A DNA stretch of 64,000 nt from Eledone cirrhosa (GCA_964016885.1 CAXHJY010001015.1:1-64000), one strand, 5' to 3'. Numbered from the stretch's first letter, positions 43,394 through 61,149 are shown. A program made the numbers and translations. The notes: generated by a model not told the origin, from the sequence alone.

Positions 43394-44803
43394 TGTGTGT
43401 AGATGCTTACTGGATGTCATTAACAACATATTATTCAAACATCAACTCCCCCCCCCACACACACACAAACTTACATACACATACACGACACAGAATTAGA
43501 TAAATAAACTTAATACATGCACAAACAACCACATACAAACATGCACGTACGCAAAGACACACACACACAGACACACAAAGTGAGAGAGAGAGAATGAGAG
43601 AGAGAGAGATAAACCTCTTCTCTATATACGTATTTCTGATGAACGCAAATCACAGGAACCTTTTTTTTTATCATTAAGACTGAGAATTTCAGCAGTATTT
43701 CACCTCAACCTTTTCTTTCCTCCACCACTTTATGTCAACACAAGAAATCAAATTTAAGTATGAAATGCACAATAAAAAATAAAAATATACCCAAAGAACG
43801 ACATAAATTTCTAGCGATCCATTCAGGCTCACCCTGGCCCTCAGCCCCATTCACCTCGCTATATAAGATACATAAAAACAGACGTATTACGAAACGTATT
43901 GTACATATAAGGGAAAGCATTTAGCTATAATCAGTAGAATTTAAGAAAATATTTAAAATGTATATAAGTATGTGTGTGTCAACATAAAATTTAATAACTA
44001 TTACATGAGAACGATATGGTGGATAAAGATATATAAAAGATAGATAAGTAAATAATAATAATAATAATGTTATTATTATTATCATTGTCTTCATTATTAT
44101 TGTTATTATTATTATATTAACTAAATAAACAAATGGAAGTTCATGTATTATTGAAAAGTGTCATTTTTGTCTTAAAACTTTACTCCTCCCCATAACATAC
44201 AGCCACACACACACATACACACACTCACACACACTCACACACACATACACACACTCACACACTACACGCACACACTTAAGCAAACAACACTGTAAGGTTT
44301 TCATTGCCTCAAATTGTGTAAACGCTTCTCATACAACGGAAGTTAACATGTCAGTTAAAATGGCGAATGACTGCCGCTCTTTTGTGTAACCTTTTCCTAT
44401 CTTCGCCGCCATTTTAAACTTGTTAAAGAAATACCCTCCTCTTTATTTCATCATTATTTCTTTACATTTCTTTATTGATTATTTGTATATTTTTGTTGGG
44501 GTTTTTTTAACTGTTTTATTTTTAGTAATGTTTTAGATATATTTTGCTTCTTATTTTAAGTTTAAAAAAATTGTATTGGTTTTAACTTCATTTATTTCTG
44601 TGCCTGCATCTCTGGCTCTGTTTTAATATCTCTCTTTCTCTTTCCCCTTAGCTTTTTTCACACATACATACACACACATTCAATCGTACACACACACACA
44701 CAGCCATTATATATATATATATATAAATACATATATATGTATATTTATATATACATATATATGTGTGTATATATATATATATATGTGTGTATATATATAT
44801 ATG

Positions 44804-44835
<32 letters not shown>

Positions 44836-44927
44836 TATACATATGTATAAATATATATATATGTATATATATATGTATATATATATATATACATATGTAT
44901 AAATATATATATATATATGTATATATG

Positions 44928-45025
<98 letters not shown>

Positions 45026-45531
45026 TACAAATGCACACATACATGTATATACATACTTATCTAAACACGCGAACATACATTCATGCCTGCATATGCATAT
45101 ATATATATATACACTGCATATATATATATATACACGCACACACACGCACACATATATATGTATATATAGTTCTTGTGTGTTTTCTTTGAGTGTCTGGCGC
45201 TGATATTTCACAATTGAGAGGATATCGAATCCAAACAAACGGGATCGATGGTTCACCCCACCTCATCCCACATCCCTTGCTCCTACAACTTCCTTGCTCC
45301 TCGGCCCACACCCTCTCTCTCTCTCTTTCTCCAAAACACACACCACCACGCACCTACCACACTACACATACATGGATTTCAATGTAGCCCTCTCCGCCTG
45401 TGTCTCTCTATCTCTCCCTCTTTGCACACTAACAAACACCCAGCTCCCCCACCACTATGCCACCCCTCACCACCCACTACACGTACATGGAGTACAATAC
45501 AGCTGCAGCCATGCATTCAAACAGAGATGCA

Positions 45532-45590
<59 letters not shown>

Positions 45591-45744
45591 TATATATATA
45601 TATATAGAGAGAGAGTGAGGACAAGATAGGTGTATATATATCTATATATATATACATTACATGTACATATATATGTATATATATATCTATCTATATATAT
45701 ATAGCATATATATATATATATCACACACACATATATATATATAT

Positions 45745-45789
<45 letters not shown>

Positions 45790-45790
45790 C

Positions 45791-45883
<93 letters not shown>

Positions 45884-45976
45884 TATATATATAAATAAAT
45901 ATATATATATATATATATACATATATATATGTATATTACATGTATATATATATATTACATGCATATATATATATAT

Positions 45977-46074
<98 letters not shown>

Positions 46075-46097
46075 TACATGTATATATATATATTACA

Positions 46098-46151
<54 letters not shown>

Positions 46152-46531
46152 GAGAGAAAGAGAGGGAGAGAGAGAGAGAACAGGAGATCTAGCTGCATGT
46201 TTGTTTAAAATCATCTCCTTATTATTGGGTCAATCTCATTAATGAATTTATTAAGACGTTAGAAAATGGCGTGAAAATCAACATGGAATTTCACACACAC
46301 ACTCAGACACATACATACCTACCTATACATACACACATATGCACATCTACACATAAACACCTGCACATACATACTTATTTACACACACTCACACATGCAC
46401 ACCTACCTACATACACACCTACACAGTCAGATACAACTCATAGACACACAGACGCACACATATATATATGTATATATATATAAACGTTCATTATATGAAT
46501 GCTCCTGTTTATAGGTATATACACATACGTG

Positions 46532-46583
<52 letters not shown>

Positions 46584-46807
46584 TATACACACACATATGT
46601 ATGTATATATATATATATATAGATATATATACATACATATGTATGTATATATATAGAGAGATATATACATACATATGTATGTATATATATAGATATATAT
46701 ATTGATATATATACATACATATGTATGTATATATATCTATATGTATATATATATACATATATATACATATGTATATATATATAGATATATATACATACAT
46801 ATGTATG

Positions 46808-46845
<38 letters not shown>

Positions 46846-46852
46846 TATACAT

Positions 46853-46883
<31 letters not shown>

Positions 46884-46920
46884 CATACATACATACATAT
46901 ATATATATACATACATACAT

Positions 46921-46951
<31 letters not shown>

Positions 46952-46990
46952 CATACATACATACATACATATATAGATATATATATATAT

Positions 46991-47078
<88 letters not shown>

Positions 47079-47334
47079 CAGTTTGTGTGTGTATGTGTAT
47101 AATCTTACACACGTTCATGTGTATACTATATACATATACACACACATACAGCTACACATCCATCTACCCTTTACACCCTACTACCTCTTCGTCATCATTT
47201 CCTCAAATACTGCAACAACAACAACAACTAAATGACCAACAACAACAACACTAGCACACAACTGTAATATCATCTACAATATCACCATTACAACTCCATT
47301 ACAACATCACAACAACCAGGTTTACTAAAATACC

Positions 47335-48230
47335 ACCAATACCAGCACCACTACCACCATTACAAGCACCACTACCAACACCACCACCACTACCAGCACC
47401 GCTACCACCACTACCACCACCACCACCACTACCAGCACCGCTACCACCACTACCACCACCAACACCACCACCACTACCAGCACCACTACCACCACTACCA
47501 CCAACACTACCATCACGACCACTACCACCACTACGACCACCAATATCAGCACCACTACCACCACTACCAGCACCACTACCAACACCACCACCACTACCAG
47601 CACCGCTACCACCACTACCACCAACACTACCACCACTACGACAGTCATTCTATATTGATTGTGTGGGAATCTTTCAATCTGTTCAAAAGATTAGTTGAAT
47701 GACAACTGTGATGTACTGAATGGTTTAGTGGTGGTGGTGGTGGTTGTGGTAGTGGTGGTGGTGGTGATGGTGGTGGTGGTGGTGTTGTTGTTGTTGGTGG
47801 TGGTAGTAGAGGCGCTGGTTGTAGTGGTGTTGGTGGTGATGGTGGCGGTGGTGTTGTTGGTGGTGCTAGTGGTGATGGAGTGTTGGTGGAGGTAAATGGT
47901 GACTGTAGTGGCGATGTTGGTGGTGATGGTGGTGACTGTGGTGGTGATAAGGTTGCTGGTAGTGATGATGATGATGGTGGTGGTGTGGTGGTGGAGGTGT
48001 TGCTATTGGAAGAGATCGTGATGGTAGAGGTGATCATGATGATAATGGTGATGATAATGGTGATGGTGATGATTGACTTGGGAGTGGTGGTAGTGATGGT
48101 ACTGATAGTGGTTGTTGCGACAATGATGATGACGATGATGATGATATTGATGACGATGAACGTGGTGATAGCATTATTGAAAATAATGGACCTTTTGATG
48201 ACGACGACGATGATGATTATGGTGATTATC
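47335..48230. repeat. (ACC/ACT)n tract and opposing (GGT/GAT)n tract around a short unique spacer
   Basis: Seen directly. Confidence 0.9.
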
Positions 48231-48369
48231 AAGATGGCGGCTGCTCTTATGTTTCCCCATCAATAAAATTGACCAGTTCTTGTCAACATCCAATAGTCCG
48301 GCTACTGACCAGGGCCACATCACCCTATTTGGTTCCGCTATTCACACGGCACTACAGACATATTTTCAC

Positions 48370-48451
<82 letters not shown>

Positions 48452-48556
48452 AATATAAAAAAATATAAATGTATATGTATTTACATACATACATACACAC
48501 ACACATACACACACACACATATATATATATATACACATATGTATGTATATATAGAT

Positions 48557-48621
<65 letters not shown>

Positions 48622-48726
48622 CATACATTTATAAGTATTCTAGTGTCATTTTCTCGTTCAATTTCTTATTGTTGTTGTTCTTGTTATTGGTGTAGTAGCA
48701 GTAGTAGTAGTAGTAACAGCAACATT

Positions 48727-48758
<32 letters not shown>

Positions 48759-49316
48759 TAGTTTCCCTGTCATTGTCGCGGCCATGTTGTAAATGTGGTT
48801 GTTATTTTTGTTGTTTTGCAACATTCAATTATAATCGCCATCATCATCATCATCATCATCACCACCATCACCACCATCATCACAATCATCATCATCTTTG
48901 CCATCATTATCATCCACATCATCATCATAATTATCACCATCATCATCATCGTTGTTTTTCTAATTGTTATTGTTGCTGTTGTTGTTGTATAGGTATTGTT
49001 GTCTGTATTTACCCCCTTTATGTTATATATGTTTTATTTTTCCTTCTCACGTCCCGAGGAGAGATGTTGAGATGTGAGACGGAAGACAGAGCTGGAGGAG
49101 GAGAGAAGAGAGACAGAAAGGGTGGGAAAGAAGAGGAGAGAGAGAGTGAAAGAGAAAGGGAGAGAGAGAGGAGGGAGAAAGACAGAGAGAGAGAGATGCA
49201 TTCATTGACAGTGATGTGCAGTATATTTTGTGCATGCTTCAATGCAGAGCGTTTTTGCAACTTATTTTGTTTCACTAGTTATACATGATTATATATATAT
49301 ATACGTGTATATATAT

Positions 49317-49367
<51 letters not shown>

Positions 49368-49739
49368 TATACATATATATATATAGCCAGTGTAGTATGA
49401 GAAAGAATGCACATGATATTAAAAAAACGACACACACACATATATATATACATACACACACACATACGCACACACACGTATATATATACGTATATATATA
49501 TATATATATATGTATGTGAATATGAACAAAAAGTACAACCGAAAAAAAAGAAGAAAAATGCCCAAATTAGAATATATATAAGCACAATGAATATAGTCAT
49601 CTGAGTATTTCTTCATGTCACTCATTGTACACACACATATATACATATGTATTCATTAAACGCACACACACACACATGTATATATAAATATATATCTGCA
49701 TATATATATATATATATATGTGCATATATATATATATGC

Positions 49740-49770
<31 letters not shown>

Positions 49771-49801
49771 TAAATATATATATATACATATATAAATCTA
49801 T

Positions 49802-49843
<42 letters not shown>

Positions 49844-50306
49844 GTATAAATATATACACTCACCAATTCTATATCAGTAGATATAGATGTCAATTATTTG
49901 TCAATTATTTGTTGTGTACATTTTTTTCTCCCAGTAATAGATTTCCCCGATTTCCATATCATTTCCCATCATCTTAACCATCACCATCATTATTCTCATC
50001 ACCACCATTATCATCATCATCATCATGAACATAAGCTTTTTTTTTTCATGTGTTTCATCTAAACAATTATTAATATGTCTATTGTTGCCTATCGAGAAGT
50101 ACTATTGTTGTTTGTGGTGGCCATGGCTCCTTTGATGGTGATGATGACGTTGATGATGATGTTGAAGATAATGACAACGAGGATGATGACGATAATGACG
50201 ATGATGATGACGATATTAACTTCAAATATGCTGCGCTGTTAATAAATTGGATAAAAGCTGTTAATTTATTGAGTGAGTGAGAAAAATGTAAGAGCAATCA
50301 AACACA

Positions 50307-50349
<43 letters not shown>

Positions 50350-50420
50350 ACAAACACACACGCACACACACACATTCATATGTGGAGAAATAGAATAGTA
50401 GAAAGGTGATTGCATGAATA

Positions 50421-50458
<38 letters not shown>

Positions 50459-50569
50459 ATGTGTATACGTATATAAGATGTGTGTGTGTGTGTGGTTAAA
50501 TAGGTAGCGGTAGACGGACAGATAAAGAGAAAGACAGATTGATACGGATGTGTGTGTGTACACACACAC

Positions 50570-50622
<53 letters not shown>

Positions 50623-50624
50623 TA

Positions 50625-50659
<35 letters not shown>

Positions 50660-50869
50660 TTATATCTATACACACACATTTTAATAAATAATATGTAGCG
50701 TATCCAGTTACACATATACCTTGGTTCTCGCGATAACACACAAGAATTTAGATTCAACAATCGTCAGCCTATTTCATAGCGTAGTTTTTGAAGAAATAAA
50801 ACAAAGATGGCTACCAAACTGGTGTTGTTTGACGTCACCATCTTTTCTTTCTGTTTCAATGAAAAGTGT

Positions 50870-51005
50870 TTTCTGATTTAGGCACAAGGCCAACAAACCC
50901 CTTACGTATGAACCTCGGCGGGTTTGAACTCCGAACGTAAGACGTCATAACCCTATGCCGCAAAGCATATTATCCAACGCTCTACTGATACTATCAAATC
51001 ACGGT
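50870..51005 (-). mobile_element. internally deleted tRNA-SINE copy
   Basis: TTTCTGATTTAGGCACAAGGCC..AACCTCGGCGGGTTTGAACTCCGAACGTAAG..CGCTCTAC. Confidence 0.75.
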
Positions 51006-51537
51006 CCTTCAGTGAAAATTAATAGCAAAACTGTTATTTTCTTTCTTTCTACAAAACTTCGTTTAGCTTTGTTTTGTTATATAAATGCTATTCTAAATTA
51101 TCGAGGCTGGTTGTTAAAAGTCCCCAATATGTGAAAAGTAATCTCCCCTTTTCTTGAACTAGAGGGTAAGCCTTAACGAAACCCTTTCTTAGGGATGTTG
51201 TATTGTAGGTTAACAAGATACACGAATAGTTGTTTTGAGATCTAGGTCTGGGTCTCTGGTGAGACGTCAGCATGTTGGGATGACTGGTCGATAAGATAGC
51301 CGATGGAAAAGATGGTTAACCATTTAGCTAGTTGACGGAATGGCTAGCTAGCTAAGCTACAGAAGCGGAATGGATTGGTTGCATGGAGAAAAGAGTAGAC
51401 AAAGGGATATATATAGGGAATGGATAAATAGATGGGTGTGTCTGAGGAGATGGCGGTATCGTCAGAATTGGTAAATATATCCGCTAGAAGATTATGTCCT
51501 GCGATAAAAACCCAGTTAAGCCAGGAACCATTTTGTC

Positions 51538-51571
<34 letters not shown>

Positions 51572-51580
51572 ATGTGTGTG

Positions 51581-51634
<54 letters not shown>

Positions 51635-51762
51635 TATATACGTATATATATGTATATATAAATTGTTTGGCAATAAAAAAAGTCAATATGATAGAAATGA
51701 CATGTTAATATGTGCAAGAAGATTACACTGTTATGTTTGAGGAAGTGATCGGACAGTGTATT

Positions 51763-51825
<63 letters not shown>

Positions 51826-51953
51826 CACGTGTGTCGATGGAATGGTAATGGTGGTGGTGGTGGTAGGACACAATACGATAATTGTATCGGGATTATCTGA
51901 CGGAGATAATAAAGAAAACAAATGTACATATATATGTATATATATATATATGT

Positions 51954-51987
<34 letters not shown>

Positions 51988-51992
51988 GTATA

Positions 51993-52065
<73 letters not shown>

Positions 52066-52167
52066 TATTTGTATGAGTATGTATGTATGTATATAAATAT
52101 GGCTACATAGGAAGACAAGGAAGAACAATAACGAGAATAAATATTAATACAGACATATATTTAACTG

Positions 52168-52267
<100 letters not shown>

Positions 52268-52274
52268 TGTATGA

Positions 52275-52500
52275 TTAAAATAAACGTAAACAGTAAAGCA
52301 AACAACTCAGTATAATGGCAAAATATATTAGCTTAACGCTTGATTTAGTACGAAAAGAGTCTTACGTTTCGGACATTAGTGCTTCATCTGAAGGTAGAAT
52401 AAGAAGTAAAAGACGAAATAGTATGATCAGAATGTGAAGAGGAAGAAAAGGAATATGAATGTTTGAGAAAAATACCCGTTTGTATTCAGTCATTTTGAAG
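52275..52500 (-). mobile_element. HHR-bearing short element family A, copy 3 (core mutated, motif at 52360-52394)
   Basis: Minus strand CCTT-CAGATGA-A-GCAC taat GTCC-GAAA-CGT-AAGAC..TCAAGCGTTAAG. Confidence 0.7.
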
Positions 52501-53108
52501 GGCCCTTTAGAACGTCGAATATAAGGTTTTATGATATTCATTCCTGCTCGAAAATTACGACGTGGTAAAATTGGCCTTTCAGCCATTTGAAGTCGATAAA
52601 CAAAGTACTGTAGTACTGTGCAGTGCTGTAGTTAAACCTTCGTTTATATGTAATTCTCACCTATTTTTCATTATTCCTTTTCCTTCATTGGAAGGAATTG
52701 ACTGTGTTTAAACCGGAAGGGGAGAATGGGTCCTTCAGGTTTACAAAATGCCCCAAGAACACACCATTTGACACTACGGGGCCACTACGACTCAATCAAG
52801 AGTTACGGGTCAATACATATTTATCAACAGTGTATTACACTGTGTGTTTATTCATCTCTCACTATGTGTATGTGTGTGTATGTGAGAGTACTGTTTTCTC
52901 TAAATACAGGCCTGAAGGTACAAATTAGCAGATATATTTCCAAATGTACTCATTTCCAGAACCAACACAAACAAAACATGTATAACATATACAGAAATCT
53001 ACTTCAACGACATACGGTTTGTTCACCAACTTCAGACAATGAGTTGGGACGCTTGGGAGGTTGGCCTCCATTATGTTTTGGTTAGGGTGTCTTTCTTGTT
53101 TATATGTG

Positions 53109-53173
<65 letters not shown>

Positions 53174-53264
53174 GCGCACACACACACATATATATATATA
53201 GGTGTGTATACATAAATATATATCTGTATATACTTATATACATATATGTATGTATGTATGTATG

Positions 53265-53327
<63 letters not shown>

Positions 53328-53465
53328 TTTTTTTTTTAAATTATATATATTCGTTTTTTTTCTATTTTATATATATATATATATATATAGTGCGTTAAGA
53401 CTGTTTTGGTTTAGGGTGCAATGCTGTCATATCAAGCAACTGTGGTGAGATGTCTTGTATGTGTG

Positions 53466-53512
<47 letters not shown>

Positions 53513-53982
53513 TGATGTGGTGTGAGGTGAGTAGAAGGCTTTGGTAATTGCTTAAAACGAGTTTCGTTTTCGCCCTCGGCATAATAATAGACACTATAGT
53601 GTACTGTAGTGTATTTGTTATTGGCACGACTGGGGTACATAAGGGGTACATACGAGATTTATACGTACGAGGATACTTTAGTTTCTATTAGTAAACATAG
53701 AGACGGCACTAGCTACGAGCCAGAAGACAATGGATTTAGACACATATATATGCTTGGTGTGTGTGTATGTTATATATATGTATATATATGTACTCACAAG
53801 TAGATGTTCTCGTAAGGAGTGTATATATATATACGTACGTTGTTATTAGTAAATATATAGAAGGCAGTAGCTAGGAGGAAGATGACAAAATATGTTTATT
53901 AGCATTATATATATATATTTATATATATATATAATATATATATATTTATATATATATATAATATATATATATTTATATATAT

Positions 53983-54069
<87 letters not shown>

Positions 54070-54192
54070 GTATGTAGAGTCGTAAAACAAACACATTCCC
54101 AATGATAATAAACATGTAAGGTAACAGTCACTATATCAATATACCCCACCTCCTCCTCTCTCTCTGTCTCTCTCTCTTTCTCTCACTTTCTC

Positions 54193-54245
<53 letters not shown>

Positions 54246-54381
54246 ACCACTCTTTCTCTCTCCCTACTCTCTTCTCTATATATATATATATATAATATTG
54301 AGCACCTTTGGCATACGCTACTTGGCAAATAACTATATGTATCACCTATCCCTCCTTTTTTTCTCTTTCTCGATACGTAAA

Positions 54382-54441
<60 letters not shown>

Positions 54442-55060
54442 ATGCATGTGTATGTTTATGTATATGTGTGTGTAGGTCTGTATGTATGTATGTTGTGTAT
54501 GTATGTATGTACGTATGTATGTACGTATGTACGTATGTATGTACGTATGTATGTACGTATGTATGTATGTATGTATGTATGTATGTATGAATGTATGTAT
54601 GTACGTATGTATGTATGTACGTATGTATGTATGTATGTACGTATGTATGTACGTATGTATGTAAGTATGCGTTTATGTATGTATATATGTGTGTATATAC
54701 ATGTACGGATGTATATGTGTGTGTGTGTGTATCTAGTTACGTAGACTGGAAAAGGCACCGGAAATGCTCCAAGATATTGTTATGTGTGAAAGTGAATGGA
54801 AAGGATTAGTAGGAGTCTGAGGAGGAGGAGGAAGTGGTGTTGAATTCTCCCCACCCTCCTCCCCTGCCAACCCCGACTTCTCCAGAGAAACAACACTTAA
54901 GGTTTCATTAACTGAACCTGACACCACATGGGGTCTCTCTCAATCTGATGTCGCTACGAAGAGGAAAAGAACTCACACACTGGCTAACAACAACAACAAC
55001 AACAACAACAACAATAATAATTGTTATAATAAGATAATGATAAAATAATAATAATAATAA

Positions 55061-55830
55061 TTGTTTCTACTTTTGGCACAAGGCCAGCAAATAACCAGTG
55101 TATTACTGGTACTTTATTTTATCGACCCCGTAAGGATGAAAGGCAAAGTTAACCTCGGCGGGATTTGAACTCAGAATGGCCAAATAATAATAATAATAAT
55201 AATTGTTTCTACTTTTGGCACAAGACCGGCAATTATTCCAGTGAATTACTGGTACTTTATTTTATCGACCTCGTCAGGAGGAAAGGCAAAAGATGATTTC
55301 TACTATAGGCACAAGGCTAGTAATTTTGGGGGAGGGGAAAGTCCATTAAATCGACTCCAGTGTATTACTGGTACTTTATTTTATCGACCTCGTAAGGATG
55401 AAAGACAAAGTTAACCTCGGCGGGATTTGAACTCAGATCATAAAGACCACGTAAGGATGAAAGGCAGAAGATGATTTCTACTACAGGCACAAGGCCAGCA
55501 ATTATCCCAGTGTATTACTGGTACTTTATTTTATCGACCCCTTCAAGGATGAAAGGCAAAGTTAACCTCGGCGGAATTTGAACTCAGACGATAAAGTCTG
55601 AATAATAATAATGGTTTCTGATTTAGGAACAAGGCCAATCATTTTGGGGAGGGAAGAGGAAAGTCGAATAAATCAATGCCAGTGCGTTACTCGTTCTTTA
55701 TTTTATCGACCCCGTTATGGATGAAAAGCAAAGCTAACCTTGGTGGGATTTGAACTCAGAACGTAAAGTGCCGTAACTATGTACCGAAAAGCATGTCGTC
55801 TGACGCTCTACCTATACTGCCAATCCACTG
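55061..55830 (-). mobile_element. head-to-tail cluster of five copies or partial copies of the abundant (OK-like) tRNA-SINE
   Basis: GGCACAAGGCC..ACTGGTACTTTATTTTATCGACC..AGGATGAAAGGCAAAG..GATTTGAACTCAG starting at about 55061, 55202, 55292, 55471, 55611. Confidence 0.9.
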
Positions 55831-55869
55831 ATTGTGATAATGATTTAATAAGGTATGATTCTGTCTAAT

Positions 55870-56010
55870 GATGATTTAAAGCTTTATGTGATAAATAAGA
55901 ATCACTTGGAAAGTCTTGAACATGAAGTTCGCTTTTTCTCAAATGATATTGGAATGGAATTCGGCCTCGAAAAGTACGCCATTTTGATAATAAAATGGAG
56001 GAAGATTTGA
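55870..56010 (+). pseudogene. non-LTR retrotransposon RT fragment (R4/Dong-like)
   Basis: Translates DDLKLYVINKNHLESLEHEVRFFSNDIGMEFGLEKYAILIIK: catalytic DD plus DIGMEFGLEK motif. Confidence 0.8.
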
Positions 56011-56044
56011 AAGAACGTTGTGGGGAAAGGGTAAGGTGGGAGTA

Positions 56045-56428
56045 AAAGGTAGAGGGGCGGACGCCATGCTTTGCAGCATAGTTACGTCCCTTTACGGTCT
56101 GATTTCAAATCCCGCCGAGGTTAACTTTCATCCTTTCGGGGTCGATAAAATAAAGTACCAGTAACTCACTGGGATAATTGCTGGCCTTGTACCAAAAGTA
56201 AAAACAATCGTTATTACTATTCATCATAGGGCGATGGAGCATCGGACACCATGCTTTGCAGCATAGAGTTACGTCCCTTTATAATCTGAGTTCAAATCCC
56301 GCAGAGGTTAACTTTGCCTTTCATCCTTTCGGGGTCGATAAAATAAAGTACCAGTAATGCACTGGGGTCAATTTAATCGACCCCTACCCCAAATTACAGG
56401 CCTTGTGCCTATATAAGAAACCATTATT
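56045..56428 (+). mobile_element. two tandem copies of the same tRNA-SINE
   Basis: TTCAAATCCCGC.GAGGTTAACTTT..CATCCTTTCGGGGTCGATAAAATAAAGTACCAG twice. Confidence 0.9.
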
Positions 56429-56762
56429 ACTATTCATCATTATCATCATGATCATCATTTTCTTCTTCTTCTTCTTCTTCTTCTTCTTCTTCTTCTTCTT
56501 CTTCTTCTTGATAAAAGACTAGAAGTAAAAAAAAAAGTGGAAAGGAGAAAGAAAGAAAAAAATAGAAAACAAAAGAAGACAGAAGAAAAAGAAGAAGTAG
56601 AAGAAGAAGCTTTAATGTCGAGAATGTGAAGAAGCTACTCGGCTAATCGATGAGTATCGAATACCTTCAAGATAATCACAAACTGTAATCCCGTTATGAC
56701 AGACAAAGCGGAAATAGAAAAAAAAAGAAAAACAAAAGAAAAAAAATCCGATCTAACTACTG

Positions 56763-56793
<31 letters not shown>

Positions 56794-56851
56794 CATACAT
56801 AAAATATATATTTACATATGTATATTTACATATATATATATATAAAATATA

Positions 56852-56900
<49 letters not shown>

Positions 56901-57005
56901 GTACATAATATATATATTTATATATAAGCATATATATATGTACATAATATATATATTTATATATAAGCATATATATATGTACATAATATATATATTTATA
57001 TATAA

Positions 57006-57047
<42 letters not shown>

Positions 57048-57097
57048 GTATGTTTATCTGTATATATCTATATATACATACATCCTTACACACACAC

Positions 57098-57165
<68 letters not shown>

Positions 57166-57395
57166 CCTTATATACACCCAAGCCTACAGTCGGTTATCGG
57201 CCAGAGTTACTGATACGCTGCAATATTCTCAATCAATCTATAAAGATCGACCAGAGATGGTATTAAATAGATAAATAGGTAACGTACAATCCCACCACCC
57301 CCACATTGCCATCTACCCCCTCCCCATCTCTCTTACTATTTATCTCCTCTCTCTCTTTCTATCTATCTATATCTATCTATCTATGTATCTATCTG

Positions 57396-57463
<68 letters not shown>

Positions 57464-57465
57464 AA

Positions 57466-57667
57466 CTCTTCGTACTCCTGGAGATGAGGGTTGCACATTT
57501 TTTTTCGGGGGTATGTGTTACCCATATAAACTGTCTCCCTCTATTGGGGAAAATCGACTAACTTTTTAAATTCCATCTGTGATAACATTTTACACGTTTT
57601 TATTGTATGTAAACTTCCCCCTTTGTATTTGTCCCCTTCTTTTGTGCCCCTGTGGCTAATAAAGAAA
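57466..57667 (+). mobile_element. Tx1-like LINE 3' UTR, copy 4, between (TATC)n tracts
   Basis: GGGTTGCACA..TTCGGGGGT hairpin, CTATTGGGG, 3' end with AATAAAGAAA. Confidence 0.85.
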
Positions 57668-57946
57668 TATATCTATCTATCTGCCTATCTGTGTAATTGT
57701 CTGTCTGTCTGTCTGTCTCTTTATCATGCACCGTCTATCTCTCTTTACGTTCTCTCTTGTCGCTTAGCAACAGATTCGTGGAATCTGAGCTGAAAGAAAT
57801 TGCCGATAATGTTTGGGAGGTGGTTAGGTGAAGGTAAGGTAGGGTGATGTGAAAGGGGTGGAAGGAGTGGTGGTGTATCAATAGCGAAATCCCAGATATC
57901 TATACACACGGAATGGACGATAAACACACGTATATATATATGCATA

Positions 57947-58825
<879 letters not shown>

Positions 58826-59153
58826 CATTTGTATGTTATGATGAGAGGTTGAAAACATTCTCAATAGATGATTCTATATCCATTATATCTTGTTGTTATT
58901 GTTCTTACTGTTGTTGTTGTTGTTGCTAAACGTCTTTTCCTTCCGATCAGTTAGTTGCTATAAGTATGTGATTGACTTTTTCCTTAATCGAAGGTTGCGA
59001 GGTTGTTTTATACTGTACGTAATCTAGAGCTGGCTGTGTCAGTCTATTTAACTACTAACGTCGTATATATACTTAGCTAAACGTATCTGATATTTGTATA
59101 TATATATATATATATATACGCACACACATATCTATCTACCTATATATATATAA

Positions 59154-59187
<34 letters not shown>

Positions 59188-59295
59188 ATGTATGAATATA
59201 TATATATATGTATAAATATATATATAAATGTATAAATATATATATGTGTATATATGTATATATGTGTATAAATACATATCTATGTATATATATAT

Positions 59296-59410
<115 letters not shown>

Positions 59411-59686
59411 TGTCTGTCTGTGTGCCACTGAGTGTATATGGATTTATATATAGTCGTTACATCCACTAACATATCTAGTTATAGATGATTTATACTTATA
59501 TATATTTATGTATGCATCTGTGTATGTATGTATGTATATATGTATGTATATATGTACATACACCTATATAGCGCTTTATGTAAATGTATTTACCTACTAA
59601 TATTTGATGTATACTTAGCTAAATGTATATGTACATATAAATACACACATATATAAATACAATATATATACATACATAGATATACA

Positions 59687-59717
<31 letters not shown>

Positions 59718-59945
59718 TGATATATATTGATATATATATGTATGTGTTTATAAATAAAGATATATATATACATAAAATATATATATATATGTTTATATAT
59801 ATATTGATATTTATATATATATATATATATATAAACCTGTACATTCATAAAACAAAAATACATCTAGGTAAAATATATATACATACCTAAAGAAAGAGAT
59901 CAATGACATTTGTGTATAATGCTTATTAACTATTGATATAGTAAT

Positions 59946-60066
<121 letters not shown>

Positions 60067-60278
60067 ACTATATGTATATATATATATGTATATAACTATA
60101 TGTATATATATGTATATGTATATATATGTTTATATTTATATGTAACTATATGTATATATATATATATATATAACTATATGTATATATGTATATATATATA
60201 TGTATGTATATATATGTATATAACTATATGTATATATATATATGTATATACACATATATGTATATATATGTGTATATT

Positions 60279-60345
<67 letters not shown>

Positions 60346-60451
60346 GTATATGTATATATGTTTATATTTACATGCGTATACTTATCAATATAAAGGAACT
60401 AATATATTGGTAGATAGATATGTATATTTATATAAGTAATTATATCTATAT

Positions 60452-60525
<74 letters not shown>

Positions 60526-60855
60526 TTGATCTCTTAATGTCATAAATCTATTTGATCATTTGATCAATCACTCAGCCATTTTTCACCGGATTGATACATA
60601 TATCCACACACACACACACACACACACGCACAAACACACACACATTTATATACACGCACATACATATATTTACATACAGCCACACATACACACATACATA
60701 CATGTTTACATACCCACTCACATACATACATACATTCAGGCTTGCATACATAGATATATATATATATATACATACGTACAAACATACTTGTATACATACA
60801 TACAAACCTTTACTCAAATTTATTTAGATCCGAATTTCCCCCCCCCCCATATATA

Positions 60856-60964
<109 letters not shown>

Positions 60965-61149
60965 GTATATTATAAGCATACTTACGCATATATAAATACA
61001 GAGAGAGAGAGACAAAACACACACGTGGTTGTGCAGTTGGTAGTGATAATAGTTGTGATGCCGATGGTATTGATGGAGAGGCGTTGCTGGGTACCTTCTT
61101 AAAGTCTTTGATATTATTGATACCAGTCATTGTTACGTGTTGTTCATAA

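Noticed and set aside
55977-55986. YY1-like CGCCATTTTG
   Set aside because: It lies inside the RT fragment, so it was excluded from the motif count
60825-60837. TAGATCCGAATTT matches the 3' part of miR-10
   Set aside because: The seed ACCCTG is absent and there is no precursor hairpin
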